A stretch of 64,000 bases of DNA from Actinomycetota bacterium (GCA_041178405.1 JBEGVK010000055.1:2680-66679); one strand, 5' to 3'; counted from the stretch's first letter, positions 17,954 to 27,842 are shown. The notes: generated by a model from the letters alone, not told the origin. Translations and numbers: made by a program.

Positions 17954-19537
17954 TCAGGAGCCGCCAGCGAGCGCCACGCGAGCTCGAGGATCGGCAGCGC
18001 CGGCCCAGAAGCCCTCGCTGTCGCGGACGATCACGTGCGCGTGTCCGAACTCGTCGTCGTAGGCGGGACGGGTCTCGACGCGATGGCCTCGGGCGGCGAG
18101 TGCAGCCGCCCAGTCGCCGGGCGCGTGTCCCTCGACCGTCAGCGTGGGACCCTGGTGCGAGGTCCATGTGTCGAATCCGGTCACGGGGCCCTGCAAGGCC
18201 CACCGGCCGGCGTAGACCGCCTCGGCAGGAGAGCTCCCGTGCACGAAGAGGCGTGTGAGGATCTGCAGCAGGATCTGCGGCTGGGCGTCGCCGCCCATGG
18301 TGCCGAGCACCGCCGCAAGGTTGCCGTCATGCGTGGCGAGCAGCGGCGACAGCGTGTGCGGCGGCCGTGCACCAGGTCGGATCTCGGCAGGGTGCCCCTC
18401 GTCGATCGAGAACCCGAGACCGCGGTTGTGCAGGTTGATGCCGGTGGTCGGCTCGACGAGGTGCGAGCCGAATCCGGCCGCGTTCGACTGGATGAGCGAG
18501 ACGCCGTTGCCGGCGTCGTCGACGGTGCACAGGTAGGTGGTGTCGCCGGGTGCCGTCGCAGTGCCCAGCGTCGACGCTGACTCGCCGACGAGATGCCGAC
18601 GGCTCGAGATGGCGTCGAGCAGCGACCTGCCGTCGGCGCCCTCGTGCAGGACCGCTGGCCGGTCGAAGCCGGCGGCTTTCGCCGACTCGACGAGCAGGTG
18701 CGCCCATCGCTCGTCGTCGGGGTCTCCTGGCAAAGTGCCCTCTGCTGCGAGCAGCTCGGCGAGGAGTGCGCCGCCCAGGGCCAGATAGCCCTGCGAATTC
18801 GGCGGCACGGTGTGCAGGCGCACGCCGAGCACGTCGACGGCGAGCGACTCGACCCAGTCGACGCCCGGCGACGCAAGATCGGCCTCGCCGAACCACCCGT
18901 CTCCCATCCTGCGTAGGCCTGTGCCGAAGTCGCCGAGGTAGAAGGCATCACGCCCGCCTGATGCCACGGCGCGGAGCGCCGCGGCAACGCCGGGCCGCCG
19001 TACCCGGGCGCCGGGCCGGAGTGCTTGGGAGGCGACTTCAGTGAGTGCGCTCCGAGATGCTGCGTCCAGCGATGCAACGGCGCCGACCAGCAGCGGGCTC
19101 GCTGGAAAGCCATGCTCGGCGAGGTCGACTGCTGGTTGGAAGAGCTCGTCGAGGGGAAGCCGAGCGAATCGACGGTGCAGCGCCACCCAGCCGTCGACGC
19201 ACCCGGGAACCGTGACCGACCTGATGTCGTGTCGGAACGGCATGTGCCTGCGGCCGCCGGCTCGCAGTGACGCAGCCGATGCGCCTGAGCCGGCTCGTCC
19301 GCTGGCGTTGAGGCAGTGCACGTCTCCGTCGATGTGCACGATCGCAAAGAGGTCGCCGCCCATGCCGCACAGGTGCGGTCCAGTGACGGCGAGCGCAGCA
19401 TTGGCGGCGATCGCCGCATCCACCGCATTGCCGCCGAGCGCCAGTGCGCGAAGCCCAGCCTGCGTGGCGAGGCGATCGGCGCTGGCCACCATGTGCCGCA
19501 ACGATCGGACAGTGTTGAACGGCGGACTCAGTGCCAC
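17954..19537 (-). CDS. ggt: gamma-glutamyltransferase-family protein without an obvious signal peptide
   Basis: MVASADRLATQAGL...GGNAVDAAIA...CGMGGDLFA and the TTYLC autoprocessing Thr are present. I prefer GTG 19537, which overlaps the upstream gene by 10 nt; ATG 19492 is the alternative. Confidence 0.8.
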   Translation of the reverse strand: MALSPPFNTVRSLRHMVASADRLATQAGLRALALGGNAVDAAIAANAALAVTGPHLCGMGGDLFAIVHIDGDVHCLNASGRAGSGASAASLRAGGRRHMPFRHDIRSVTVPGCVDGWVALHRRFARLPLDELFQPAVDLAEHGFPASPLLVGAVASLDAASRSALTEVASQALRPGARVRRPGVAAALRAVASGGRDAFYLGDFGTGLRRMGDGWFGEADLASPGVDWVESLAVDVLGVRLHTVPPNSQGYLALGGALLAELLAAEGTLPGDPDDERWAHLLVESAKAAGFDRPAVLHEGADGRSLLDAISSRRHLVGESASTLGTATAPGDTTYLCTVDDAGNGVSLIQSNAAGFGSHLVEPTTGINLHNRGLGFSIDEGHPAEIRPGARPPHTLSPLLATHDGNLAAVLGTMGGDAQPQILLQILTRLFVHGSSPAEAVYAGRWALQGPVTGFDTWTSHQGPTLTVEGHAPGDWAAALAARGHRVETRPAYDDEFGHAHVIVRDSEGFWAGAADPRARVALAGGS

Positions 19538-20286
19538 TCGCCACGCTCCTCGAGCACAGCGCGGAGCACCGCAGGCTTGTCGGTCATCAGCCCGTCGACG
19601 CCGAGGTCGAGCAGTCGGCGCATCTCGTCGGCGTCGTCGATCGTCCAGACGTGGACCTGGAGGCCGCGCCCATGCGCACGGTCGACGAAGCGCCGGTCGA
19701 CGACCGTCACCGGCCCTTGCCTGACCGGCACCTGGGCGGCGTGCGCCCCTCTGTTGAGCCCATGGCCCGGCAGGCCGATGCGCAGCGACACGACGCCCAA
19801 CGGACCGAGTGAGGTGCACAGCCCGCCGTCGAATGCCGCACGGAGCCGGCGCAGCCGGCGGTCGTCGAACGCTCCGACTGCGACGCGCTGCACCGCAGCA
19901 CAGCGACGCAATGTCGATGCGAGCGCGTCAACGGCAGCGTCCGACTTGCAGTCGATGTTCACTCGCAGGTCGGGCCACGCGCCGAGGAGGTCTTCGAGCA
20001 GCGGGATCGGGGCCACACCGTTGACCCGCGCGTGCTGCACCTCACTCCACGGCATCGAGCTGATGCGCCGCGGGATGCCGCACGTGCGGGTGAGGTCGTC
20101 ATCATGGAACGCCACGAGGACGCCATCCGCCGTGACATGGACGTCGGTCTCGACGTAGCGGTATCCGAGACCAACCGCATACTCGAAGGCGGTCATCGTG
20201 TTCTCCGGGGCGTCGCTTGCCCCACCACGGTGGGCCCAGGCGATTGGCCCATGCCATTCCAGATAGGGGTGAGGAGCGGCTGGCAT
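19528..20286 (-). CDS. glycerophosphodiester phosphodiesterase family protein
   Basis: ORF-track 19528..21480 is trimmed to ATG 20286 (alternative ATG 20310). AHRGGASDAPENTMTAFEYAV...YVETDVHVTADGVLVAFHD is the GDPD signature. Confidence 0.8.
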   Translation of the reverse strand: MPAAPHPYLEWHGPIAWAHRGGASDAPENTMTAFEYAVGLGYRYVETDVHVTADGVLVAFHDDDLTRTCGIPRRISSMPWSEVQHARVNGVAPIPLLEDLLGAWPDLRVNIDCKSDAAVDALASTLRRCAAVQRVAVGAFDDRRLRRLRAAFDGGLCTSLGPLGVVSLRIGLPGHGLNRGAHAAQVPVRQGPVTVVDRRFVDRAHGRGLQVHVWTIDDADEMRRLLDLGVDGLMTDKPAVLRAVLEERGEWH

Positions 20287-20308
20287 TGCCTCCAGTATCG
20301 TCGGCGGC

Positions 20309-21700
20309 ATGGCATCGAGTGAACCGTCAGCGTCCATCGTCGTGCGGTCGCCGTATGACGGCTCAGTGATCGGCGAGGTGCCGTCGATGACCGCCGGCGA
20401 TGTCGAGCGTGCTGTCAGCACTGCGCGGCAGGCGCTGGGCGTGCCGCTGCCGCTGTGGAGGCGGGCCGAGATCCTCGATCGTGCCGCTGCGCGCCTCGCC
20501 GAGCGGCGCGAGGAGTTCGCGCAGATCATCGCCCGCGAGGCCGCAAAGCCGATCAAGACGGCGCGGGTCGAGGCCGAGCGGGCCGTCGGCACGTTCCAGT
20601 TCTCGGCTGCCGAGGCCCGAAAGCTCGGCGGAGAGATGATCCCCCTCGATGCCATCCCTGCTGGCGAGGGCAAGATCGGGTTCACGCTGCGCGTCCCCAT
20701 CGGGGTCGTGGGCGCGATCGCGCCGTTCAATTTCCCGCTCAACCTCGTCGCACACAAACTCGGGCCTGCCATCGCTGCTGGATGCCCGGTAGTGCTGAAG
20801 CCGGCATCGCAGACGCCCTTCAGTTCGCTGGCGCTCGCGTCGATGCTGGTCGACGAGTGCGGACTTCCAGCCGAGTACCTGCAGGTGGTCACAGGGAGCG
20901 GCAGCGTCGTCGGCAACGCACTCGTCGACCATCCCGATGTCGCGCTCATCACCTTCACCGGATCGCCAGAGGTGGGGTGGGACATCAGGGCCCGTGCCCC
21001 GCGCAAGCGCGTTGGCCTCGAACTCGGCAACAACGCCCCGGTCATCATCGAGCCCGACGGCGACTGGAGGACGGCGGCGGCGAAGATCAAGATCGCCGGG
21101 TTCAGCCATGCAGGGCAGAGTTGCATCAGCACACAGCGGGTGCTGGTGCACTCGTCGATTGCCGAGATGTTCACTGCCGAGCTCGTCCGCCATGTCGAGT
21201 CCCTCGTCGTCGGCGACCCGCTCGACGAGTCGACTGACGTCTCGGCGCTCATCTCGCGCAGCGAGACCGAGCGCGTCCAGGAGTGGATCGACGAGGCTCG
21301 TGCCGCCGGCGCCGTGATCGCCGCTGGCGGCGGGCCCGGTGCCGACGGGGTGCTGCGGCCCACGGTCATCACGCACGCGACGCCCGACATGAAGGTGTGC
21401 GCCCTCGAGGTGTTCGGCCCGGTCGTCGCAATCCAGGCGTACGACGACCTCGACAGTGCCATCGCGCTCGCCAACGACACCCGCTACGGCCTGCAGGCCG
21501 CCGTGTTCACCAGCAACATCGCGACGGCGATGAAGGCGGTCCGGTCGCTCGACTTCGGCGGGGTGCTCGTCAACGAGGTCCCCACGTGGCGAGCCGATCA
21601 GCAGCCGTATGGCGGCCTGCGCGACAGCGGCAACACACGCGAAGGCCCGGCATTCAGCATCAAGGAGATGACCGAGATCCGGATGGTCGTCATCTCCTGA
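20309..21700 (+). CDS. NAD(P)-dependent aldehyde dehydrogenase
   Basis: Catalytic motifs ELGNNAP and HAGQSCIS are present, and the ALDH family length (463 aa) fits. Confidence 0.9.
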   Translation: MASSEPSASIVVRSPYDGSVIGEVPSMTAGDVERAVSTARQALGVPLPLWRRAEILDRAAARLAERREEFAQIIAREAAKPIKTARVEAERAVGTFQFSAAEARKLGGEMIPLDAIPAGEGKIGFTLRVPIGVVGAIAPFNFPLNLVAHKLGPAIAAGCPVVLKPASQTPFSSLALASMLVDECGLPAEYLQVVTGSGSVVGNALVDHPDVALITFTGSPEVGWDIRARAPRKRVGLELGNNAPVIIEPDGDWRTAAAKIKIAGFSHAGQSCISTQRVLVHSSIAEMFTAELVRHVESLVVGDPLDESTDVSALISRSETERVQEWIDEARAAGAVIAAGGGPGADGVLRPTVITHATPDMKVCALEVFGPVVAIQAYDDLDSAIALANDTRYGLQAAVFTSNIATAMKAVRSLDFGGVLVNEVPTWRADQQPYGGLRDSGNTREGPAFSIKEMTEIRMVVIS

Positions 21701-21729
21701 CCGGCCGTTGGGCAGCGCCCGTCGGCCGG
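21701..21729. terminator. hairpin between convergent genes
   Basis: CCGGCCG-tt-GGGC-agc-GCCC-gt-CGGCCGG lies between the stops at 21700 (+) and 21740 (-). Confidence 0.35.
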
Positions 21730-21739
21730 GATCGGCGTG

Positions 21740-23296
21740 CTAGATGGTGCGCCCGCTCGACGCCCAGTACTCGTCCTTCAGGAGTCGCTTGTAGAGCTTG
21801 CCGGTCGGGTGTCGCGGCAGCTCGACGCGGAAGTCGACGCTGCGAGGGCACTTCACGTCGGCGAGGTGGCTGCGGCAGTAGGCGATGAGCTCGGCGGCGA
21901 GGGCGGCCGCCTCGTCCGGCGACTCCGGCATCGCCACCGGCTGCACGACGGCCTTCACCTCCTCGCCGAACTCGTCGTTGGGCACCCCGAACACGGCTAC
22001 GTCGATCACCTTCGGATGGGAGACCAGGATGTTCTCAGCCTCCTGCGGGTACACGTTCACGCCTCCGGTGATGATCATGTAGGCCTTCCTGTCGGTGAGG
22101 AAGAGGAAGTTGTCGTCGGTGAGGTAGCCGACGTCGCCGAGCGTGCTCCAGGGCTGGCTGGGGTGCCGTGAGCCTCGCGTCTTCGCGGGGTCGTTGTGGT
22201 ACTCGAACTGCGCCCCGCCCTCGAAGTAGATGGTGCCGCTCTCCCCGCGGGCGACCTCTTCGCCGTCGTCGCCACAGACTCTGACGGTGCATCCGATCGG
22301 CGTGCCGACCGTTCCGGGGTGAGCGAGCCACATATCGCTGTTGCAGTACACGAATCCATTGCCCTCGGTGCCCGCGTAGTACTCGTGGATCTTCGGTCCG
22401 AACCACTCGATCATCTGCTGCTTCACCTGCACGGGACATGGCGCCGCAGCATGGATGACGCACTCGAGGCTCGTCACGTCGTGCCGCTCGCGCTCCGACG
22501 GGTCGAGCTTCAGCATCCGCACGAACATCGTCGGCACCACCTGCGAATGCGTCACCCGATGGCGCTGCACTAACTCGAGGTAGTGCGAGGGTTCGAAGTG
22601 CTCCATTGCCACGACAGTGGCCCCAAGCTGGGTCATCGCGAGGCAGAACCGAAGAGGAGCCGCGTGGTAGAAGGGCGCCGGCGAGAGATAGACGCTGTCG
22701 GCGCTGGCGGCGAAGAGCATCTGCAGGAGCGGCATCACCCCGCTCGGCGTCGACTCGAGCGGACGAGCCTCGAACGACCGCGTGACTCCCTTGGGCTGTC
22801 CTGTGGTGCCAGACGAGTACAGCATGTCCATGCCGGCGACACGCTCGCCGGGGAGCGGCGTGGATGGCTGTGCTCCCACCGCTGCCTCGTAGGACTCGTG
22901 GCCTGACACGACTCCGTCGAGCATCAGCCGGAGGCCGACTCCCGGTGTCGCGGCAGCAATCTCGGACGCCTGCTCGGCCTTGTGCGCCGAGGTGATGAAC
23001 ACCTTCGCTGCACAGTCATTGACGATGTACGCGAGCTCGGCACTCGTCAGCCTGCTCGATGCGCAGGTGTAGACGGCACCGGCGTAGTGGCACCCCCAGA
23101 CCACCTCCAGGTAGCGGTCGTGATTCTCCATGCAGATGGCCACATGGTCGCCCGGCTGCACGCCCGCAGCGCGCAGCAAATGGCTGAGTCTGTTCGCTGC
23201 TGCATCGAGCTCGGCGAATGTCTGGGTGAATCCGCTGCCGCCCATGATGAGTGCGGGCTTGTCGGCACTGGTGTCGAGATGCGCTCCGGGGAACAT
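21740..23296 (-). CDS. acyl-CoA synthetase / AMP-dependent ligase
   Basis: Trimmed to ATG 23296 (MFPGAHLDTSADKPAL...). The AMP-binding motif is YSSGTTGQPKGV. Confidence 0.9.
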   Translation of the reverse strand: MFPGAHLDTSADKPALIMGGSGFTQTFAELDAAANRLSHLLRAAGVQPGDHVAICMENHDRYLEVVWGCHYAGAVYTCASSRLTSAELAYIVNDCAAKVFITSAHKAEQASEIAAATPGVGLRLMLDGVVSGHESYEAAVGAQPSTPLPGERVAGMDMLYSSGTTGQPKGVTRSFEARPLESTPSGVMPLLQMLFAASADSVYLSPAPFYHAAPLRFCLAMTQLGATVVAMEHFEPSHYLELVQRHRVTHSQVVPTMFVRMLKLDPSERERHDVTSLECVIHAAAPCPVQVKQQMIEWFGPKIHEYYAGTEGNGFVYCNSDMWLAHPGTVGTPIGCTVRVCGDDGEEVARGESGTIYFEGGAQFEYHNDPAKTRGSRHPSQPWSTLGDVGYLTDDNFLFLTDRKAYMIITGGVNVYPQEAENILVSHPKVIDVAVFGVPNDEFGEEVKAVVQPVAMPESPDEAAALAAELIAYCRSHLADVKCPRSVDFRVELPRHPTGKLYKRLLKDEYWASSGRTI

Positions 23297-23328
23297 GGCC
23301 GGACGGTATCGCACGGTACCTTCGCCCC

Positions 23329-23994
23329 ATGGAACTGGCCGATCGGTTTGCCGTCGAGCTCCGTGCCGAGGGCGGAGCGCAGCGGCTCGACGTGCTGGCA
23401 GCACTGATCGGCGCCACGCTGGCCGGCTCCGCCAATGCGGTCGACGAGGCGCTTGGCACACTCGACGAACTCGCCGCATCCGTTGAACCGACATTCCCGG
23501 GCGTGCTGGCGGCTCTCTTCGCCAGCGGTCGGCTCCGCGGCAACAGCGTCGACTATGCCGACCCGCGCAACTCGTACCTCCACGAGGTGCTTCGACGCGG
23601 TCTCGGCATCCCGATCACCCTCAGCGTCTGTGCGATCGAGGTGGGTCGCAGGATCGGGATCGTGGTCGACGGGGTGGGACTGCCCGGACATTTCATTGTG
23701 CGCTCGGGACCTCTCTATGCGGATCCCTTCAACGGCGGACGTACGTTCCGATCGGAGGCCGTGGAGGGCGAGTGGCAGCGGCAGGTGGGGCAGCGGCGCC
23801 ACCTCGACCCCGCGATGCTGGCGGCCACGTCGCCGCGCTTGATCGCGTTGCGGATGCTGAACAATCTCCGCAACACGCTCGTGGCCGGGAGCGATCCGCT
23901 CGCGCTTGCCGGCCTCGTCCGGTTGCGCAGCGCGTTCCCGGAACTCGCCCACGAGGAGCGAGAGCACATTCGCTGGATGCGACACTGGAACTGA
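23329..23994 (+). CDS. transglutaminase-like / SirB1-type (UPF0162) protein
   Basis: Trimmed to ATG 23329 (MELADRF...). YLHEVLRRGLGIPITLSVCAIEVGRRIGIVVDGVGLPGHFIVR resembles the SirB1 N-terminal transglutaminase-like domain. Confidence 0.65.
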   Translation: MELADRFAVELRAEGGAQRLDVLAALIGATLAGSANAVDEALGTLDELAASVEPTFPGVLAALFASGRLRGNSVDYADPRNSYLHEVLRRGLGIPITLSVCAIEVGRRIGIVVDGVGLPGHFIVRSGPLYADPFNGGRTFRSEAVEGEWQRQVGQRRHLDPAMLAATSPRLIALRMLNNLRNTLVAGSDPLALAGLVRLRSAFPELAHEEREHIRWMRHWN

Positions 23995-23995
23995 C

Positions 23996-25015
23996 ATGAC
24001 GACGCTGGCAGCACCCCACCCGATCGAGACACCGGTCCATCCAGTCGGCCGGTGGTCGACCGTGATCCCTGGAGGGCGCCTCGACCCCGGCCTGCCGGTC
24101 GAGTGCTGGTACCCGGCGACTGACGACAGCGGACCTCCGGCCGATTACGAGGTGCTGCCCGGCATCACGCTTCGCTCTGCGATCGCGGTCGACGGCGTGC
24201 CTGTCGCGCCTGGGATGTGGCCGGTCATCGTGTTCTCGCACGGACGCACCGGCACGAGCATCGCCTACTCGTCGCTGTGCGAGGCGCTCGCTGGGCGGGG
24301 CTGCATCGTGGTGGCGCCACTCCACCGAGGCGACGCGCTTGCCGACTGGCTGTCGGGCACCCAGGTCGACGATCGCACGAACGAGGCAAATCGGGTCGCT
24401 GACGCCCTCCATGTCATCGACGCACTCGAGGCCGGTCTCCGACTGGTCGAATCATCGGCAGACGTCGACATGTCTCGGCTCGTGCTCGCCGGACACTCAT
24501 ACGGCGCGTACACGGCATTCGCGCTGGCAGCCCCCGAATCCCACCCGGTGTCGGCGGCCGGGCGGAACGCGCCGAGCGCCGTGATCGGGTTCCAGCCGTA
24601 CACGAGGATGCTGTCCGACGACCTCCTGGCAGGCGTGCGGGCGCCGACGCTCATCGTCGCGTCAGAGGCCGATCGGACGACGCCGCCGGCCACCGATGCC
24701 GACAGACCGTGGGCTCTCGTGCCGTCGACGCCGTCGTGGCGCCTCGATCTGCTCGGCGCAGGGCACCAGGCAGCGAGCGACACCGCGCTCTATGCGGAAC
24801 TTGCGGACATGGTGCCCGAGCTTCCCGACGTGGTCCGCGCCTATCTTGCCGCTGCCGTCGACCAGCTCCCGGAGGGGCAGACGTGGCGCGACGTGATGCG
24901 CACGCAGGTGTCCGTCGCCTGGGACTTCATGCACGCTGCGTGGTCGTTCGATCCCGAGGCCGGAACCGGCTTCCCGCTCCACGACTCGGCACGCCTCACC
25001 CGCCGCACCGTCTGA
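23996..25015 (+). CDS. alpha/beta hydrolase (dienelactone hydrolase / PAF-acetylhydrolase-like)
   Basis: ATG 23996 lies 1 nt after the previous stop. The nucleophile elbow is LAGHSYGAY. Confidence 0.75.
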   Translation: MTTLAAPHPIETPVHPVGRWSTVIPGGRLDPGLPVECWYPATDDSGPPADYEVLPGITLRSAIAVDGVPVAPGMWPVIVFSHGRTGTSIAYSSLCEALAGRGCIVVAPLHRGDALADWLSGTQVDDRTNEANRVADALHVIDALEAGLRLVESSADVDMSRLVLAGHSYGAYTAFALAAPESHPVSAAGRNAPSAVIGFQPYTRMLSDDLLAGVRAPTLIVASEADRTTPPATDADRPWALVPSTPSWRLDLLGAGHQAASDTALYAELADMVPELPDVVRAYLAAAVDQLPEGQTWRDVMRTQVSVAWDFMHAAWSFDPEAGTGFPLHDSARLTRRTV

Positions 25016-25153
25016 CCTGCCCGCCGGCCGCGCCGCCACGCAGTCGGGCACGATCCCTCGCTCAGCCCGCTGCCTCGTTACTCTGCCGAGGACGTGCAGT
25101 GGCTGCCGACAGGCAGTCGCACCGGCACGACTGAGCGGCTCACGGGGGTTCAC

Positions 25154-26359
25154 ATGGCACTGCTGGAGACGTCTGCGATCACGGACGAGGAGCGTGTGAC
25201 AGCGCTCGCCGACGCGCTGCTTCGCGATGTGCCGCCGAGGTCCGCGTCAGCGTCCGAGTTCCTCGGCGCGCAGTTCGACCGGGGGCTCGCGTGGGTGCAC
25301 TTCCCTGAAGGACACGGCGGACTCGGCCTCAATCCGAAACTGCAGAAGGCCGTCGACGAGCGCCTGTTCGCCGCAGGGGCGCCGAACCCCGTCTACCGGA
25401 ATCCGATCGGCCACGGCATGTGCGGGCCGACCGTGGTGGCCTGGGGCACCGAGGATCAGAAGCGGAGATACCTGCGGCCCCTCTTCACAGGTGAGGAGAT
25501 CTGGTGCCAGCTCTTCAGCGAACCCGGCTCGGGCAGCGATTTTGCCGGGCTGTCATCGCGAGGGGTCCGCGACGGCGATGAGTGGGTGGTGAACGGCCAG
25601 AAGGTGTGGACCACGCTGGCGCACCTGTCGCGGTGGGGGCTGCTGGTCGTGCGCACCGACTCGGAGGCTGTCAAGCACGCTGGACTGACGGCGTTCGTCG
25701 TCGACATGCACGATCCAACCGTTGAGGTCCGCCCACTCCGGCAGATGACCGGCGAGGCCGAGTTCAACGAGGTCTATTTCACCGAGACCCGCATTCCGTC
25801 GACGGAGATGCTCGGTGCGCCCGGCGACGGGTGGCGAGTGAGCCTGACGACGCTCATGAACGAGCGCGTGTCGATCGGCGGCGCAATACCCCAGAAGGGC
25901 TCGGGAACGATCGCCCATCTCATGGCGGCCTGGGCCGCCGCACCGGACTGGCGGCGCGACGCTGCCACGCGCGACCGGGTGGTCCGCCTCTGGGCGCGCG
26001 CCGAGACGCTGCGGCTGACGAACATCCGCGCCAACCAGATGCGACGCATGGGCGATCCGGGCCCCGAGGGGAGCATCGGCAAGATGGCATCCGCCGAGCT
26101 CAACAAGGCGATCTACGAGTGCCTCGTCGACCTTCTCGGCGCCGAGGGCATGCTCTACGGCACCTACGCCATGGTGAGACCCGAGCATGCAATGGAGTAC
26201 GCCACGCCTCAGAAGGCCTTCCTCCGGAGCAGGGCCAACTCGATCGAGGGCGGCACCACCGAGGTCATGCGGAACATCCTCGGCGAGCGGGTACTCGGCC
26301 TGCCCGGTGATGTGCGCGTCGACCGCGAGGTGCCGTGGAGCAAGGTGCCACGCAACTAA
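25154..26359 (+). CDS. acyl-CoA dehydrogenase
   Basis: Trimmed to ATG 25154 (MALLETSAI...). WCQLFSEPGSGSDFAG...VNGQKVWTT and the C-terminal IEGGTTEVMRNILGERVLGLP are ACAD signatures. Confidence 0.9.
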   Translation: MALLETSAITDEERVTALADALLRDVPPRSASASEFLGAQFDRGLAWVHFPEGHGGLGLNPKLQKAVDERLFAAGAPNPVYRNPIGHGMCGPTVVAWGTEDQKRRYLRPLFTGEEIWCQLFSEPGSGSDFAGLSSRGVRDGDEWVVNGQKVWTTLAHLSRWGLLVVRTDSEAVKHAGLTAFVVDMHDPTVEVRPLRQMTGEAEFNEVYFTETRIPSTEMLGAPGDGWRVSLTTLMNERVSIGGAIPQKGSGTIAHLMAAWAAAPDWRRDAATRDRVVRLWARAETLRLTNIRANQMRRMGDPGPEGSIGKMASAELNKAIYECLVDLLGAEGMLYGTYAMVRPEHAMEYATPQKAFLRSRANSIEGGTTEVMRNILGERVLGLPGDVRVDREVPWSKVPRN

Positions 26360-26378
26360 TTGCTCGCGCTCGACAGTC

Positions 26379-26783
26379 CTAGCCGCGCAGCAGCACGCCG
26401 GTGAAGAGCGCGGCGACCGACGTCACGGCACCGAGCGCCCCGCCGAGTGCCAGCGCAAGGCGAGTCGAGCCCAGCGAATGCACTGCGACAAATGCGCCTG
26501 ACGCCATTCCGAGAGCGAGATGGGCGAGCGCCGTGGCCAAGGCGTCGCCCGACATCGAGGTCACATCGATGTCGATCAGGTTCCAGATGCCGGTGACGAC
26601 GACGATGCCGAAGGCGGGCCACGCCGTGCGGGCGAATGCCCGGGCAACCGCGCGGATCGCTGTCGGGGCCTCCCGGCGAAGCGTCGGCACGATGCCGGCA
26701 AGGGCGAACTGACCGCCCACCCAGACCGCTGCGGCCAGCACGTGGACGAAGAGTCGGATGGTCTCAAGCGTGGGCGTGATCAC
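26379..26783 (-). CDS. small integral membrane protein (CopD-like, 4 TM)
   Basis: 134 aa with four hydrophobic helices (LFVHVLAAAVWVGGQFALAGIV...). It lies 21 nt downstream of ispH on the same strand. Confidence 0.6.
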   Translation of the reverse strand: MITPTLETIRLFVHVLAAAVWVGGQFALAGIVPTLRREAPTAIRAVARAFARTAWPAFGIVVVTGIWNLIDIDVTSMSGDALATALAHLALGMASGAFVAVHSLGSTRLALALGGALGAVTSVAALFTGVLLRG

Positions 26784-26804
26784 GCAACGAGGTTAGGTCG
26801 CCGC

Positions 26805-27842
26805 TCAGGGCGTGCCGAGTGACCGGAGCACTTCGCTCGCTGCGAGTGCCCGGTCGTCGAACGCAGCAGACGCCACCGACGATCCGCCGAGAAGAGCCGC
26901 CGCAGCGCTGCCGATCGCGGACTGGAGATCGCGTAGATGCCTCGGGGGAGGGAAGTACTCGTCTTCGTCGGTGACGCGCACCACCTCGACACCCTGCGTC
27001 GGAGCGAGGAAGGAGATGATCTCGTCGACGAGCTCCTCGGGCGCTGACGCACCTGCAGTGACGCCGACGATGCCGTTGAGACTGTCGGGCAGCTCGGCCA
27101 CCGTGTTCACGCGGTGCACTGCACTGCATCCGGCCTCGATGGCGAGTTTCTCGAGTGCCCTCGTGTTGGAGGAGTTGGACGACCCGATGACGATGATGGC
27201 GTCGCATCGGGGAGCCATTGCCATGAGCGCAGACTGGCGGTTGGTGGTGGCGAAGCAGAGATCGCTGCGGCCCGGCGACCAGACATCGGGGTAGCGCTCC
27301 CGGACTGCGACCGCCACGCCTTCCCAGTCGCGGTGCGAGAGCGTGGTCTGGGCGAGCAGCGCAACAGGCTCGCCGAAGTCGGGGAGTGCGGCGACCTCGG
27401 CGACGCTCTCCACGCGCGAGATCGCCTGCGGCGCGACTGCCATGGTGCCGACTGCTTCCTCGTGCCCCTCGTGGCCGACGTAGACGATGCGGTAGCCCTT
27501 CCCGGCTCGCACCTTCACCTCGTGGTGCACCTTGGTGACCAGCGGACAGACCGAGTCGACGACGTAGCTGCCCCGAGCGCGTGCGGCGGTCACCACCTCG
27601 GGTGCCGAGCCGTGCGCCGACAGCATGATCGGACGGCCCTCCGGCACATCGGCGATGTCGTCGACGAACACCACGCCACGGGCCTCGAAACGCTGGACGA
27701 CGATCTTGTTGTGCACGATCTCGTGGTAGCAGTACACGGGTGGGTCGAAGGTGCGCACCATCCACGCGAGTGCCTTGATCGCCATCTCGACGCCGGCGCA
27801 GAAGCCGCGGGGCTCGGCGAGCAGCACACGGTCGACCGTCAC
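26805..27842 (-). CDS. ispH: 4-hydroxy-3-methylbut-2-enyl diphosphate reductase
   Basis: ORF-track 26805..29159 is trimmed to GTG 27842 (VTVDRVLLAEPRGFCAGVEMAI...). AEPRGFCAGV, SAHGSAPEV, ICPLV-like CPLVTKVH and SSNSSN are IspH/LytB hallmarks. Confidence 0.9.
   Translation of the reverse strand: MTVDRVLLAEPRGFCAGVEMAIKALAWMVRTFDPPVYCYHEIVHNKIVVQRFEARGVVFVDDIADVPEGRPIMLSAHGSAPEVVTAARARGSYVVDSVCPLVTKVHHEVKVRAGKGYRIVYVGHEGHEEAVGTMAVAPQAISRVESVAEVAALPDFGEPVALLAQTTLSHRDWEGVAVAVRERYPDVWSPGRSDLCFATTNRQSALMAMAPRCDAIIVIGSSNSSNTRALEKLAIEAGCSAVHRVNTVAELPDSLNGIVGVTAGASAPEELVDEIISFLAPTQGVEVVRVTDEDEYFPPPRHLRDLQSAIGSAAAALLGGSSVASAAFDDRALAASEVLRSLGTP

Noticed and set aside
20287-21480. The N-terminal extension of the GDPD ORF (ORF-track 19528..21480, 650 aa).
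   Set aside because: The extension is antisense to the well-supported aldehyde dehydrogenase gene and has no GDPD-like sequence. The GDPD homology starts right after ATG 20286/20310.
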